64,000 nt of DNA from a virus, in the IMG/VR virus record IMGVR_UViG_3300042448_001704, positions 1-64,000 of that record; one strand, written 5' to 3'. Shown piece after piece: positions 1-8,835 of the stretch (the first letter of the stretch is position 1; every line of letters begins with the position of its first letter). Both the position numbers and the translations under genes were made by a program. Below the pieces are notes generated by a model, which saw nothing but the letters and a program-made list of their open reading frames with translations, was not told the origin of the DNA and did not search any database.

Positions 1-1875
1 GCGCTCTTCTGCTGTTGTGCGTCTCTCGGCACGCCCTGGGGTGCGCTGTCTAGCTTTGTTGTAGGCTTCCTCTACTGCTGGACCGTGATACTTATCCCAT
101 TCTTCACGATTAAGGAATCCGGCTTCTCCACCACGTTCACGAATTTCACGAACACGTCTTTGATGTTCATTATATTTACGGTCTTTGTATTGCTGAAGAG
201 TCTCCGCCGCTGATGGGGCACCTCTGGGAACAGGAACCTTACTGATTAAATCTTTTGGTGGCTTTGGTGGCTTTGCGTCAGGTGTAACCACATCGGCAGC
301 TTGCCTTGCGTTCCATTCTTTTTCCACCGTTGGACCATGAAACTTTTCCCATTCGGAACGGCGCAAAAGGCCAACATTCTCTCCGCGCTCAATGGCTTCA
401 CGAACTCTTCTTTGATGTTCGTTGTATTTGCGAAGTTTAAACTCTTCTAATGTTTCACTTTGTTGCGGAATAATATCTGGCAAAGGAATAGCACTATCTG
501 GAGTCGGAGTCTTGCTAGGAGTAGGTTTTGCTGTTTGACGAGCATTCCATTCTTTTTCTACGGTAGGGCCGTGAGTTTTTTCCCACTCTTCTCTACGAAG
601 AAGCCCCACATCGTCTCCACGCTCACGCATTTCACGAACTCTTCTTTGGTGTTCGTTGTACTTGCGATCTTTGAATGCTTCCAATGTTTCACTAACAGCA
701 GGAGTTATGTCTTTAGGAAGCGGTGCTGGCTTTGAACTGTTATTTGTCTCTGGTTTAGGACGAACTTCAGCAGGCTTGCGAGGACGACGCGGACGAGGGG
801 GTGTTGGCTTATCTGGTTTTGGTTTGGATCCTGGAGTCTTGGGTGTTGGTGTCACGTTTATTGGTCGTGACGGATATCCAGGTCTTCCTGAAGGAGGTGA
901 CCAGACTGGAGTTACGGGAGCGATTGGTCCTGGTGCTGGCGTACCTGGGACAGTGGTTGGTGTAGGGCTTGGGAATCCACCAGACGGGGTAGGGCGTGGA
1001 GTTCTAGGAGTTCCCGGTGTTCTTGGTGTTCTTGCAGTTGCTGGTGCTGGTGCTGGTGCTGCTGGAGTTCCAGGTGTGGGTTGACCGCGGCGAATATACG
1101 AGTTAATCGCATCGTTCAATGGAGTATCTTGCGTTCCTGATTGCCCTGGCTTATTAAGCCTTCTAAGCATTCTTGCGTTTCTTCTATCAACTCTTCTTTT
1201 TCTTCTATCATCAGAAGCGTCTTCAAGTCTTTCGCCAACATCAGTCAATTGATTAGCAAGTCTTCTGGCTACTCCCCATCCGCAGTTGCGACCGAATCTG
1301 TCGGTGATTTGGCCACCATAACGGGTTCCTACTGGACAACGAAAACCACCACGGCGTTCTGTTCCTGGGATGGCAAGACTTGGGTCCCAGGTTGCTCGTG
1401 TTCTTTTTATCTCATATGTAAATGTTGACTTGTTTGAGTCTGCCAAGAAGGACATTGACTTAAAGTTGATTCCATTTTTCCACTCCGAGTTAGTGAAATC
1501 ATTTATTTGAATGTCCATGATTGAAATTACTGGAAGCATAAAATCTTCTTCAGTATTAAATCCTAAAGACTTCTTGTCTAGTTTAATTTGTGACTTACTG
1601 CTTGCCTTGGTTGGGGTTGCTTTTTTGATTAACTCATCAATCTTTATTTTGTTACTTCTATTCGGCGTAAGTGGGCCTTCAATAGATAATGACGAGTCAA
1701 GAGTTTGAGTTAGTTCTGCTTTTGAAATTTTGCGAGTAGAAAAATCATCAGCCATCCATTTAGCCCAATCTTTTGCATTTTCAGCTATTGGGTAAAATTC
1801 TGTTCCTCCAGCAAGGATAGAGATAACGGCATATGGGTTTTTGTTATTGTCTGTAATGATGAATGCTGATTGCAT
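1..1875 (-). CDS. Large putative head-associated/cargo protein, 3'-truncated by the window edge (>=625 aa); not in the ORF track
   Basis: Manual translation from ATG at 1875 (MQSAFIITDNNKNPY...) stays open to base 1. Contains GGFRCPVGTRYGGQITDRFGRNCG, a Pro/Thr-rich linker and three ~50-aa repeats. Starts just after the stop of 1878..4037. Confidence 0.85.
   Translation of the reverse strand, partial: MQSAFIITDNNKNPYAVISILAGGTEFYPIAENAKDWAKWMADDFSTRKISKAELTQTLDSSLSIEGPLTPNRSNKIKIDELIKKATPTKASSKSQIKLDKKSLGFNTEEDFMLPVISIMDIQINDFTNSEWKNGINFKSMSFLADSNKSTFTYEIKRTRATWDPSLAIPGTERRGGFRCPVGTRYGGQITDRFGRNCGWGVARRLANQLTDVGERLEDASDDRRKRRVDRRNARMLRRLNKPGQSGTQDTPLNDAINSYIRRGQPTPGTPAAPAPAPATARTPRTPGTPRTPRPTPSGGFPSPTPTTVPGTPAPGPIAPVTPVWSPPSGRPGYPSRPINVTPTPKTPGSKPKPDKPTPPRPRRPRKPAEVRPKPETNNSSKPAPLPKDITPAVSETLEAFKDRKYNEHQRRVREMRERGDDVGLLRREEWEKTHGPTVEKEWNARQTAKPTPSKTPTPDSAIPLPDIIPQQSETLEEFKLRKYNEHQRRVREAIERGENVGLLRRSEWEKFHGPTVEKEWNARQAADVVTPDAKPPKPPKDLISKVPVPRGAPSAAETLQQYKDRKYNEHQRRVREIRERGGEAGFLNREEWDKYHGPAVEEAYNKARQRTPGRAERRTTAEER
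60..690 (-). repeat. Three imperfect ~50-aa protein repeats, ETLxxxKxRKYNEHQRRVRExxERGxxxGxLxRxEWxKxHGPxVExxW/Y
   Basis: Copies at about 535-690, 300-460 and 60-205, separated by Pro-rich spacers. Confidence 0.85.
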
Positions 1876-1877
1876 GA

Positions 1878-4037
1878 CTATAACCCCATGATGGATAGGA
1901 AGTTCTTTTTTTGCGATACTAGAGATTTTAGTCTAGTTTCAAAAAGGTCTTTAATAATAGAAAGATGTAAAATTTCTCCTGAAGATAAACTACTGTCTGA
2001 AGAGAGTCTGGATATGTATTCTTTCCAGTTTATATTTTTTGCTCTCTCAATTAAGTCGTCAAGCAATTTTATGTTTAATGCTTTTTCTGTTTCAGAGAGA
2101 GAACCGTTTTTTCCAGAAAACAATTCAGTAACTCTTCCAGGTATTTTGCTCATATCAATTGCAAATTCTTTATCTTTTGCATTTTTAAAACCAGCCATGA
2201 GACTTAGTTCGTTTCCTGATGGAACTACCGTAAGTTTTCCATTTACGGTCGTAGGAACCAAAGATGCTGGTGACCTATCTCTTCTGTCAGTTAAAAGGTC
2301 AACAACTGCGACTCTAAAAAAGTCAAGGTTGTCAACTTTTGCAAAAGACTGATTAAAGTCAATCTTGTTTCCACCGTTAGTGATATCTGCCTGAAGGACT
2401 GATCTAGAATTTGGTTCACCATAAACACGAACAGCCGGCGTAAAAAGACCAAGTTGTGCAGCAACGTCGGAATATACTTTTTGAGCAACTGCTCCGTTTT
2501 CTATTGTTTCTGAAGACAAAGTAAACGAATCACCATTTTTGGCGGTGTACCTGACGGAGCTGGCACCAATCTGTTCGCGCTTATACGAATCAGATTTTTT
2601 CATTGCGGCATCAAAATATTGTGACGGTATGTCAAATGGGCTTGAGCCATCATTCAGTAACTTGACTGCATCTTCTACGGAGGCAGCCTGAGTGCCGATT
2701 TTTTCTACGCCGTCTTCACGAACAACATCTTTTTCAACAGGTTTTTTATTAACTTTACCTTTTTTTATAAATGTCTCATAAACCCACCTACGAACTTCAA
2801 CTTTTTTACCGTCGTCAGTTACCTGTATGACATCAAGAGGATTCTTTATCTTTGGGAATTCTTCAGAATACTTATAAGCACCACCAGAGTTGTTTGCAAA
2901 CTCACGAATTGAATTACCAACATCGTATTTATCGCCAGTAGCACCAGCACGGTTTAGTTGACGACCAAATTTTCTACGTTCACCAACAGTCAAATCCCTC
3001 TGACGCTCAATTGTTAACACTGTTCCGTTCGGGGTGACATAGGCAACTTGACGCATGGCTGGACCAGTAAGCAAAGCCAAGTCATCCCCAACGATGTCTT
3101 CTGGTTTATCAATAGCCCGAATAAAAACACCATTTTCCATATCTGGGTTACCGCTGAAATTGCGCAAAACAGAAGATGGAACTATTGGGCGAAGCAAAAC
3201 ACCGTCTTTACGGATCATTCTTCCTTCACCAGAAGGAGCACCAGTAAGAACCTTAATTGACTCACGAAACGCATTAAGTCTTGCTGTCGGGTTTTCTGCA
3301 CCGCTTCTAGGTATTTGTGCCATTCTTTGAATCATGGATGATTGAGAAGGTGACTCGCCTGGTGTGACAACTCGTGAAATATCTTGAGCATTAGCAGAAC
3401 CTCTGGCGAGTGCACGAACTGTTCCAGCCAAAAGACTTAACGGTCCTGGTATTTCAAACAACTGAGCTCCGCATGTGCTGAATCTATTGTCAGTAAAACG
3501 ACCACCGTGTTGAAAACCAGCAGGGCATCTATATCCACGATTTTGAGGGCGTGGAATTGAAGGTTTTCTTCCTCCGCCACCTGGTGTTAATGCGCCATAA
3601 ACGGTGGCACGACCAGGGGAACGAATGATTGATGTGTCCCCAGGAATAGCGTATGAAGCGGCTCCTTGAACAGACTGACCAAGACGACTGTTTGCGGTGA
3701 TTAATCCAACTTTGACTTGAATGTCTGCACCAATGCGAACTTTTGTGGCAGTTGCGTATGCTGCTGCTTTGTAGTTAATTATGTTTCTGTTAGACAGATC
3801 GTGACTAACTCGGAGGATTTCGGAATCTCTACGGACATATGCTTCATGGGCAGGCTTGAACGATTTTTGTTCTTTTCCGGCTTCGCTAATGGAATTTCTC
3901 AGAATGAAAGAATCTTTGCGATTATTTAAATAATCAAATGTATTAACATCTTCACTTAGTACAGTACGACGAAATGGTGCGTTTTTTAACAGCATTGGCT
4001 TATAATGACGAATTACTTTATTGATTGTATAATCCAT
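1878..4037 (-). CDS. Putative head-cargo protein with RCP motif and a degenerate HipA/PI3-4-kinase-like C-terminal domain
   Basis: 719 aa. Contains GYRCPAGFQHGGRFTDNRFSTCG. C-terminal VAAQLGLFTP...VVDLLTDRRDRSPASL resembles the DxxxxNxDRHxxN kinase loop. Confidence 0.6.
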   Translation of the reverse strand: MDYTINKVIRHYKPMLLKNAPFRRTVLSEDVNTFDYLNNRKDSFILRNSISEAGKEQKSFKPAHEAYVRRDSEILRVSHDLSNRNIINYKAAAYATATKVRIGADIQVKVGLITANSRLGQSVQGAASYAIPGDTSIIRSPGRATVYGALTPGGGGRKPSIPRPQNRGYRCPAGFQHGGRFTDNRFSTCGAQLFEIPGPLSLLAGTVRALARGSANAQDISRVVTPGESPSQSSMIQRMAQIPRSGAENPTARLNAFRESIKVLTGAPSGEGRMIRKDGVLLRPIVPSSVLRNFSGNPDMENGVFIRAIDKPEDIVGDDLALLTGPAMRQVAYVTPNGTVLTIERQRDLTVGERRKFGRQLNRAGATGDKYDVGNSIREFANNSGGAYKYSEEFPKIKNPLDVIQVTDDGKKVEVRRWVYETFIKKGKVNKKPVEKDVVREDGVEKIGTQAASVEDAVKLLNDGSSPFDIPSQYFDAAMKKSDSYKREQIGASSVRYTAKNGDSFTLSSETIENGAVAQKVYSDVAAQLGLFTPAVRVYGEPNSRSVLQADITNGGNKIDFNQSFAKVDNLDFFRVAVVDLLTDRRDRSPASLVPTTVNGKLTVVPSGNELSLMAGFKNAKDKEFAIDMSKIPGRVTELFSGKNGSLSETEKALNIKLLDDLIERAKNINWKEYISRLSSDSSLSSGEILHLSIIKDLFETRLKSLVSQKKNFLSIMGL

Positions 4038-4381
4038 TAGTTATTCCAACGATTGTTTTTGGGATTTGACCCAACTTGTGTGCGGGGGGACTTAGGCGCT
4101 TTAAAATCCGGATCACTTTTAATAGGTGATATAACTATACTAGACGACCAAGGTGCCGCTTCGGATAAACCAGCCCTTATTGTTGCAACAGTAGCATCGT
4201 AATCATTTGGACTAACATTTGCCATATAGTCTTCAAAGTCATACCTATGTGCCTTGACTTTTTTTCCAGACGTAACGAGATATTCTATTTTCTGCATGGC
4301 CGAATCGGAACCATTAACTCCGCGATCCGTCCATTCAATAAACTCTTTTGTTTCTTTGTTTGTGAAGCGTATTGGCATCAT
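4037..4381 (-). CDS. Hypothetical protein
   Basis: 114 aa ORF overlapping both neighbours (translational coupling). Confidence 0.75.
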   Translation of the reverse strand: MMPIRFTNKETKEFIEWTDRGVNGSDSAMQKIEYLVTSGKKVKAHRYDFEDYMANVSPNDYDATVATIRAGLSEAAPWSSSIVISPIKSDPDFKAPKSPRTQVGSNPKNNRWNN

Positions 4382-7161
4382 TTGGGGCCACCTGCTGTTT
4401 TCGGAGCAATGCCAAATTCAGAAGCAAACTTATTGGCTTCGTCCAGAACTTCTTGAATATCCATATCCACGACTCTCACATTTAGGGGAAGGTCACCAAC
4501 AGCACCGTCTTCAAGATCGCGACCAACTTGAGCCGCCCATCTATGGTGACCATCAATTACATAACCATCACGACTGACAAAGATTGCCTCTCCTGCTGGA
4601 TCAAAATCAGGATTGTCCATCATCCCTGCAACTTTTTCACCAACTAGTTCATTCTGTGATGCCTTTAGGGTTGATGCAAGAACAGTTCTTTCTTCAACCC
4701 CAACACCCAGACCTGTCATGTGATCAACAAATGCGTTAGTCCCATCAACTTCACCTTTTGAGTTTTTAGGCATTGAATCAGCCGGTGAACCAGCCTCAGG
4801 AGAACCACTGAATTGAGGCATCTTTTTTCTAGGTATCCCCTTTGATTCACCACAGAACAAGTTTGTTCCAGGAACAGAAACCTGACAAAGGTCATAATCT
4901 GGTGCTTTTCCTCCAGACGCCTTTGCTTCTTTTGCCATTTTAGAAAGTTCACCCAACAATGTATGTGCGTCTTGTTGTGACTCAACAACTGCTATTTCGT
5001 TGTTGTCAATAACACTTAATGCTTCCTGAGGTGTGGATACATTTACTTCTGGTCGGCCCTCAACAAATACTTCTTCTTTTTTCTGTGGTTCTAACCCTGG
5101 AGCAATACGGGAAAGAGCAACTAGTGATCCAAGAAAGTGGCGGGCAGAATCAATATCGCCAGCCGATTCAGTAGAACCAAAAATATTTTGATGAGCAACA
5201 GCACCAAGCTCTTTAGTCATCATTCCTCTTGGACTTGCAGAACTTGCTTGCATTAGACCCTGCGCAGAAACATTTTCCCCTCCTTCAAACTGTGCCTCTA
5301 AAGCGGATAGTCTTTCTGGGTATGCACCACCATAAACTTTGCCTTGATACATGTTGTCAAAATCATCTTCGTAGGCAACTTCTCCATCTTTGTAACTATT
5401 GTTTGGAAGCAAAGCAGAAAGTTGCTTAGGCTCAGATTCTGGATCAACTCTTAGGCTTGTTCTACTTGCAACATGACGGTAAGAAAGTTCATCTTCACGC
5501 GGTTCAACATCCTGATAACCATGAAAAAGTTCATGTCCAAAAACATCCTCAAATCCGCCCCATAAACCGTTCGGTGTGGGGGATTCACTGGAACTAGGAC
5601 TCATGTTTATCCCAATGACATATTCTCCATCTTTGAGACCAAAAGTGCAATTAGAACGCTTTTTGTTTCCATCTTTATCAATATTTATATGTAATTTTAT
5701 TCCTTGTTTTTCTAAATCATCCCAGAAGTATCTAGGAATTGTATCCAATATGGGTGTTATGGATTCCATTACATTTTTGTAGTCGGAAGATCCTGGTTCA
5801 AGAAGACCATCCCTGTTAAAGACCCGCCCCATTAAACTAACATCATCTTTTCTTATTTCAATAAGCGAAGCCGCTTGCTCTGGTGAACCAGGACCCATCA
5901 TGATTCCAGCATCACGCAAAGACTGAACAAATATTATTCTTTTTCCTACAGCAAAATCACTTTTGGCTTTTTCTACGGCAAGATTTCCATCTTCATTTTT
6001 GGCTTGTCTAAACTCATTATTATTACTTAGCGTTTTTGCTGTGAAGTCAATTACCGCGCTAAGGACTTCTTCTGGAGGATGGCTTGCTCCATCAGTACTA
6101 CCAACAAATTCAAATACTGGAACATCACCAGTGTCGTCGGCAAGTTTGTCGCTATTCATATTTAGCGCCACTCTGAAAGTATAGGCAACCTGTGCTCCAC
6201 CGCCACGTTCGCGAGAAATCATAGGTATGGTTAATTCTGCTAGAGCAATGTCTGGTTTGTCGTCCATTCGTCCGGTAAATACCAAGTGCTTGCTTTTAAT
6301 AAATAGCGGGAATTCAACAGCTAATTCGTCGGCTATTTTTGTTTTATTATCTTGCCACTTTTTAAATGCAGCGGCGCTTTCTCCCAAATGTTTCTCAACC
6401 TTATAAACATCGGATAGATATTCCTGCAAAACAGCCAACCTCTGTGAAGACGCATCTAAAATATCATCACCTAGTGCTCTAATGGTCTGCTCTGCTAGTA
6501 GTTCATCGTTTGATACTTGAAGGGGGGATGCAGTTGGGTTATCAATAGAAGAAGCTTTAAAAAAATCTTTTCCTACAGATGCGATATCAACAATTCTTTC
6601 TGACATTCTTTCACGAGGAGTTTTAGATGGATCACTCACGAAATCTTTAGTATTGCGTATTCTTCTATTTTCTTTATCAAGTTTTGTCTTGCCACCAACA
6701 GCCAGAGCAGCCAATTGTCGTTCTTCCAAAGACATCTGCTGAACTTTTTTTACAGCCGTAGCCATAGATTCTGGATTACTAGCAATTCCTAAATCAGTCA
6801 AAATAGCATCTACTGCAATTATGTCACTTTGAAGCCCTATGTCGTCTCCGCCAATTTGCTGTGCCATTTCAACGCCAGCACTGAGTGCGGTTCTTACACT
6901 TGGTGCACCACAGTTAGACAACTGAACATCAGTAAACTGGTTTGCGTTGGGTGTTCCTGGTGGACACCGCAACTTGCCGTTTGCGTCTGGTATTGCACCA
7001 GCACGAATAGCAGCTCTTATTCCAACACTTGGAACAGCATCATTTTCTCGTATGGTTCGCCCAAGGAAGCCCTTGGATGCAAAACGAATGGTGTGAAAGT
7101 CAGCAGTATCTTGAAGGGATTTTATGCGCTGGTTAGCGTCAAAGTTATTATTTTGTCCCAT
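4378..7161 (-). CDS. Multidomain putative head-cargo protein: RCP motif, HExxH zincin-like motif, C-terminal ParB/Srx-like domain
   Basis: 927 aa. Motifs LRCPPGTPNANQFTDVQLSNCG, FGHELFHGY and LKASQNEL...IFVSRDGYVIDGHHRWAA. Confidence 0.65.
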   Translation of the reverse strand: MGQNNNFDANQRIKSLQDTADFHTIRFASKGFLGRTIRENDAVPSVGIRAAIRAGAIPDANGKLRCPPGTPNANQFTDVQLSNCGAPSVRTALSAGVEMAQQIGGDDIGLQSDIIAVDAILTDLGIASNPESMATAVKKVQQMSLEERQLAALAVGGKTKLDKENRRIRNTKDFVSDPSKTPRERMSERIVDIASVGKDFFKASSIDNPTASPLQVSNDELLAEQTIRALGDDILDASSQRLAVLQEYLSDVYKVEKHLGESAAAFKKWQDNKTKIADELAVEFPLFIKSKHLVFTGRMDDKPDIALAELTIPMISRERGGGAQVAYTFRVALNMNSDKLADDTGDVPVFEFVGSTDGASHPPEEVLSAVIDFTAKTLSNNNEFRQAKNEDGNLAVEKAKSDFAVGKRIIFVQSLRDAGIMMGPGSPEQAASLIEIRKDDVSLMGRVFNRDGLLEPGSSDYKNVMESITPILDTIPRYFWDDLEKQGIKLHINIDKDGNKKRSNCTFGLKDGEYVIGINMSPSSSESPTPNGLWGGFEDVFGHELFHGYQDVEPREDELSYRHVASRTSLRVDPESEPKQLSALLPNNSYKDGEVAYEDDFDNMYQGKVYGGAYPERLSALEAQFEGGENVSAQGLMQASSASPRGMMTKELGAVAHQNIFGSTESAGDIDSARHFLGSLVALSRIAPGLEPQKKEEVFVEGRPEVNVSTPQEALSVIDNNEIAVVESQQDAHTLLGELSKMAKEAKASGGKAPDYDLCQVSVPGTNLFCGESKGIPRKKMPQFSGSPEAGSPADSMPKNSKGEVDGTNAFVDHMTGLGVGVEERTVLASTLKASQNELVGEKVAGMMDNPDFDPAGEAIFVSRDGYVIDGHHRWAAQVGRDLEDGAVGDLPLNVRVVDMDIQEVLDEANKFASEFGIAPKTAGGPK

Positions 7162-7181
7162 TCCGGAACTCCCCGGTTGGT

Positions 7182-7421
7182 TTACTTATCCTCTGATGCT
7201 TTTTCAGCTACGACTGTAGCTTCTTCTGCTTCTTCAGATTCGTTGTCGTCCTTGTTTGAACGACGCTTGCGAACAGCTTTTGCTTCTTCAACAATCAGTT
7301 CATCAGTAACTTCAACAAGCGACTCAATAGGAGCCACCACTTCAGCAACTGCTGGAGCTACGGCGACTACTTCTGGTGCTACAAATCCAGAACTATCTGG
7401 TTGGCGTACTTTTGGTGCCAT
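7182..7421 (-). CDS. Small acidic Ala/Val/Glu-rich hypothetical protein
   Basis: 79 aa, directly follows 7424..8821. Confidence 0.7.
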   Translation of the reverse strand: MAPKVRQPDSSGFVAPEVVAVAPAVAEVVAPIESLVEVTDELIVEEAKAVRKRRSNKDDNESEEAEEATVVAEKASEDK

Positions 7422-7423
7422 GA

Positions 7424-8821
7424 TTATGCCTCAATATCTGTTTCGGTTGCAAGCATCTCAAACTCCAGCAGACTGCTTAGGAATTCTGTTGCTTCAATAT
7501 CTTCTGCTGATTTTTCTTCAGCTTCTTCAGTAGTGTCTTCAAGAGATTCTGCCTCTTCGTTCGCCATCTTCCAACTCTCAGGAATCATGTCTTCCTTACC
7601 GAGTTCCATGGCGCGCTTCTTGCAATGCATTTTGACTTCATCAGGATTGGAAGCCCGACCAACAGCCATGATTGCATTCTTCAAGTCTTCTTCATCCTTG
7701 ATTGGATAAGAACCATCAGGCATGGCCATTCCGCCCTTAGCCATTTCCATGCGCTCGTCATCGCCATACATTGCCTTCAATGCAAGATCAGCGATTTCTT
7801 CATCAATATCTGCTGCTTCTTCAGGCTCGTATTCGTCCCATCCAAGAATTGAACCATCAAGAGATACGAAAACATCATAAGACTTTCCGTCAAGACTGTC
7901 AATTTCAACGGCAAAAGCGTCACGGCCTTCAAACATGTCTGCATCAACGCTGATTACATCACCTTCAATAGACTTGGTTGCAATTTCTGCTGCATCAGCA
8001 AATGAAATAACCTTGATTCCGTCAATCTCGGCAATCTCGCCAATGACTTTTTCGTTGAGCATGTGCCAACCCATGCATTCGCCAGTTGTTCCATCAAAGA
8101 ATGCTTCAACTGGTTTTCCATCTTTGCGCTGAACATCAACAACAAACATGTCGGTGCTGTCTGCGTATCCAGAGTCAAGAACTTTACCGCTGAACATGTC
8201 TTGTGCTATTCCTTCAATTTCAAGAAGTGACGGCATGTCTTGTTCTGGAGCGCAACCACCTGGGCACTGTGCGCAGACTGTTGCTTGACCTGGGTACATT
8301 TTGCGCTCAAAAGCACAAATAAACGCATCATCATCCCAATCAGCAGACTTCATTCCCATGCTTTCAAGACGAGTCTTGCGAGCCTTCTTGCGCTTTGCTA
8401 CTGGGGTTTCATCCATTTCGTCTTCTGCCATTTCTGCCATTCCTTCAAATTCTGGAACAGGCATCTTGGTTCCCTTGGTGTCGGTATCTGCGGTTACCCA
8501 TCCATCGGAGTCGTCGTCTGAGACTTCAAGACTCTTAACGTTCTCAGCAGCAGCGCCACATTTTCCACACACGGGTTGTCCAACCTTGTAACCGCATTCG
8601 GTTAGTTCAAGATTCTTAGCACACGTGATTGTTCCATCGGCGGCTAGTTTTACGGTCGGTTCATTTGCCATATTATTTTTCTCCTTGTATTGCATTGTTG
8701 ACGAAACGCAAGTTCTGGGATTTGTACATCCAGCACAAGGCTCCATGCGCTTTTCGCCTGAAACCATGCAATGAAATTTTGATGCGATTTTTGGTAAACC
8801 GTTTTGAGAAGTATACGCCAT
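7424..8821 (-). CDS. Acidic protein with CxxC clusters, two PepSY-like repeats and a PDGSYPI domain; possible scaffold or protease partner
   Basis: CAGC, CGKC and CAQC motifs. ISFADAAEIA...GDVISVD...FAVEI...DGKSYDVFVSLDGSIL is PepSY-like. AMPDGSYPIKDEEDLKNAI is a motif typical of phage head genes. Confidence 0.6.
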   Translation of the reverse strand: MAYTSQNGLPKIASKFHCMVSGEKRMEPCAGCTNPRTCVSSTMQYKEKNNMANEPTVKLAADGTITCAKNLELTECGYKVGQPVCGKCGAAAENVKSLEVSDDDSDGWVTADTDTKGTKMPVPEFEGMAEMAEDEMDETPVAKRKKARKTRLESMGMKSADWDDDAFICAFERKMYPGQATVCAQCPGGCAPEQDMPSLLEIEGIAQDMFSGKVLDSGYADSTDMFVVDVQRKDGKPVEAFFDGTTGECMGWHMLNEKVIGEIAEIDGIKVISFADAAEIATKSIEGDVISVDADMFEGRDAFAVEIDSLDGKSYDVFVSLDGSILGWDEYEPEEAADIDEEIADLALKAMYGDDERMEMAKGGMAMPDGSYPIKDEEDLKNAIMAVGRASNPDEVKMHCKKRAMELGKEDMIPESWKMANEEAESLEDTTEEAEEKSAEDIEATEFLSSLLEFEMLATETDIEA

Positions 8822-8835
8822 AAGAGTATGTTTCC

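Noticed and set aside
460-1708. Short plus-strand ORFs in the track
   Set aside because: Antisense shadows of the long minus-strand ORF 1..1875.
7424-8821. Major capsid protein by position
   Set aside because: No recognisable HK97-fold capsid features; the capsid gene is probably outside the window.
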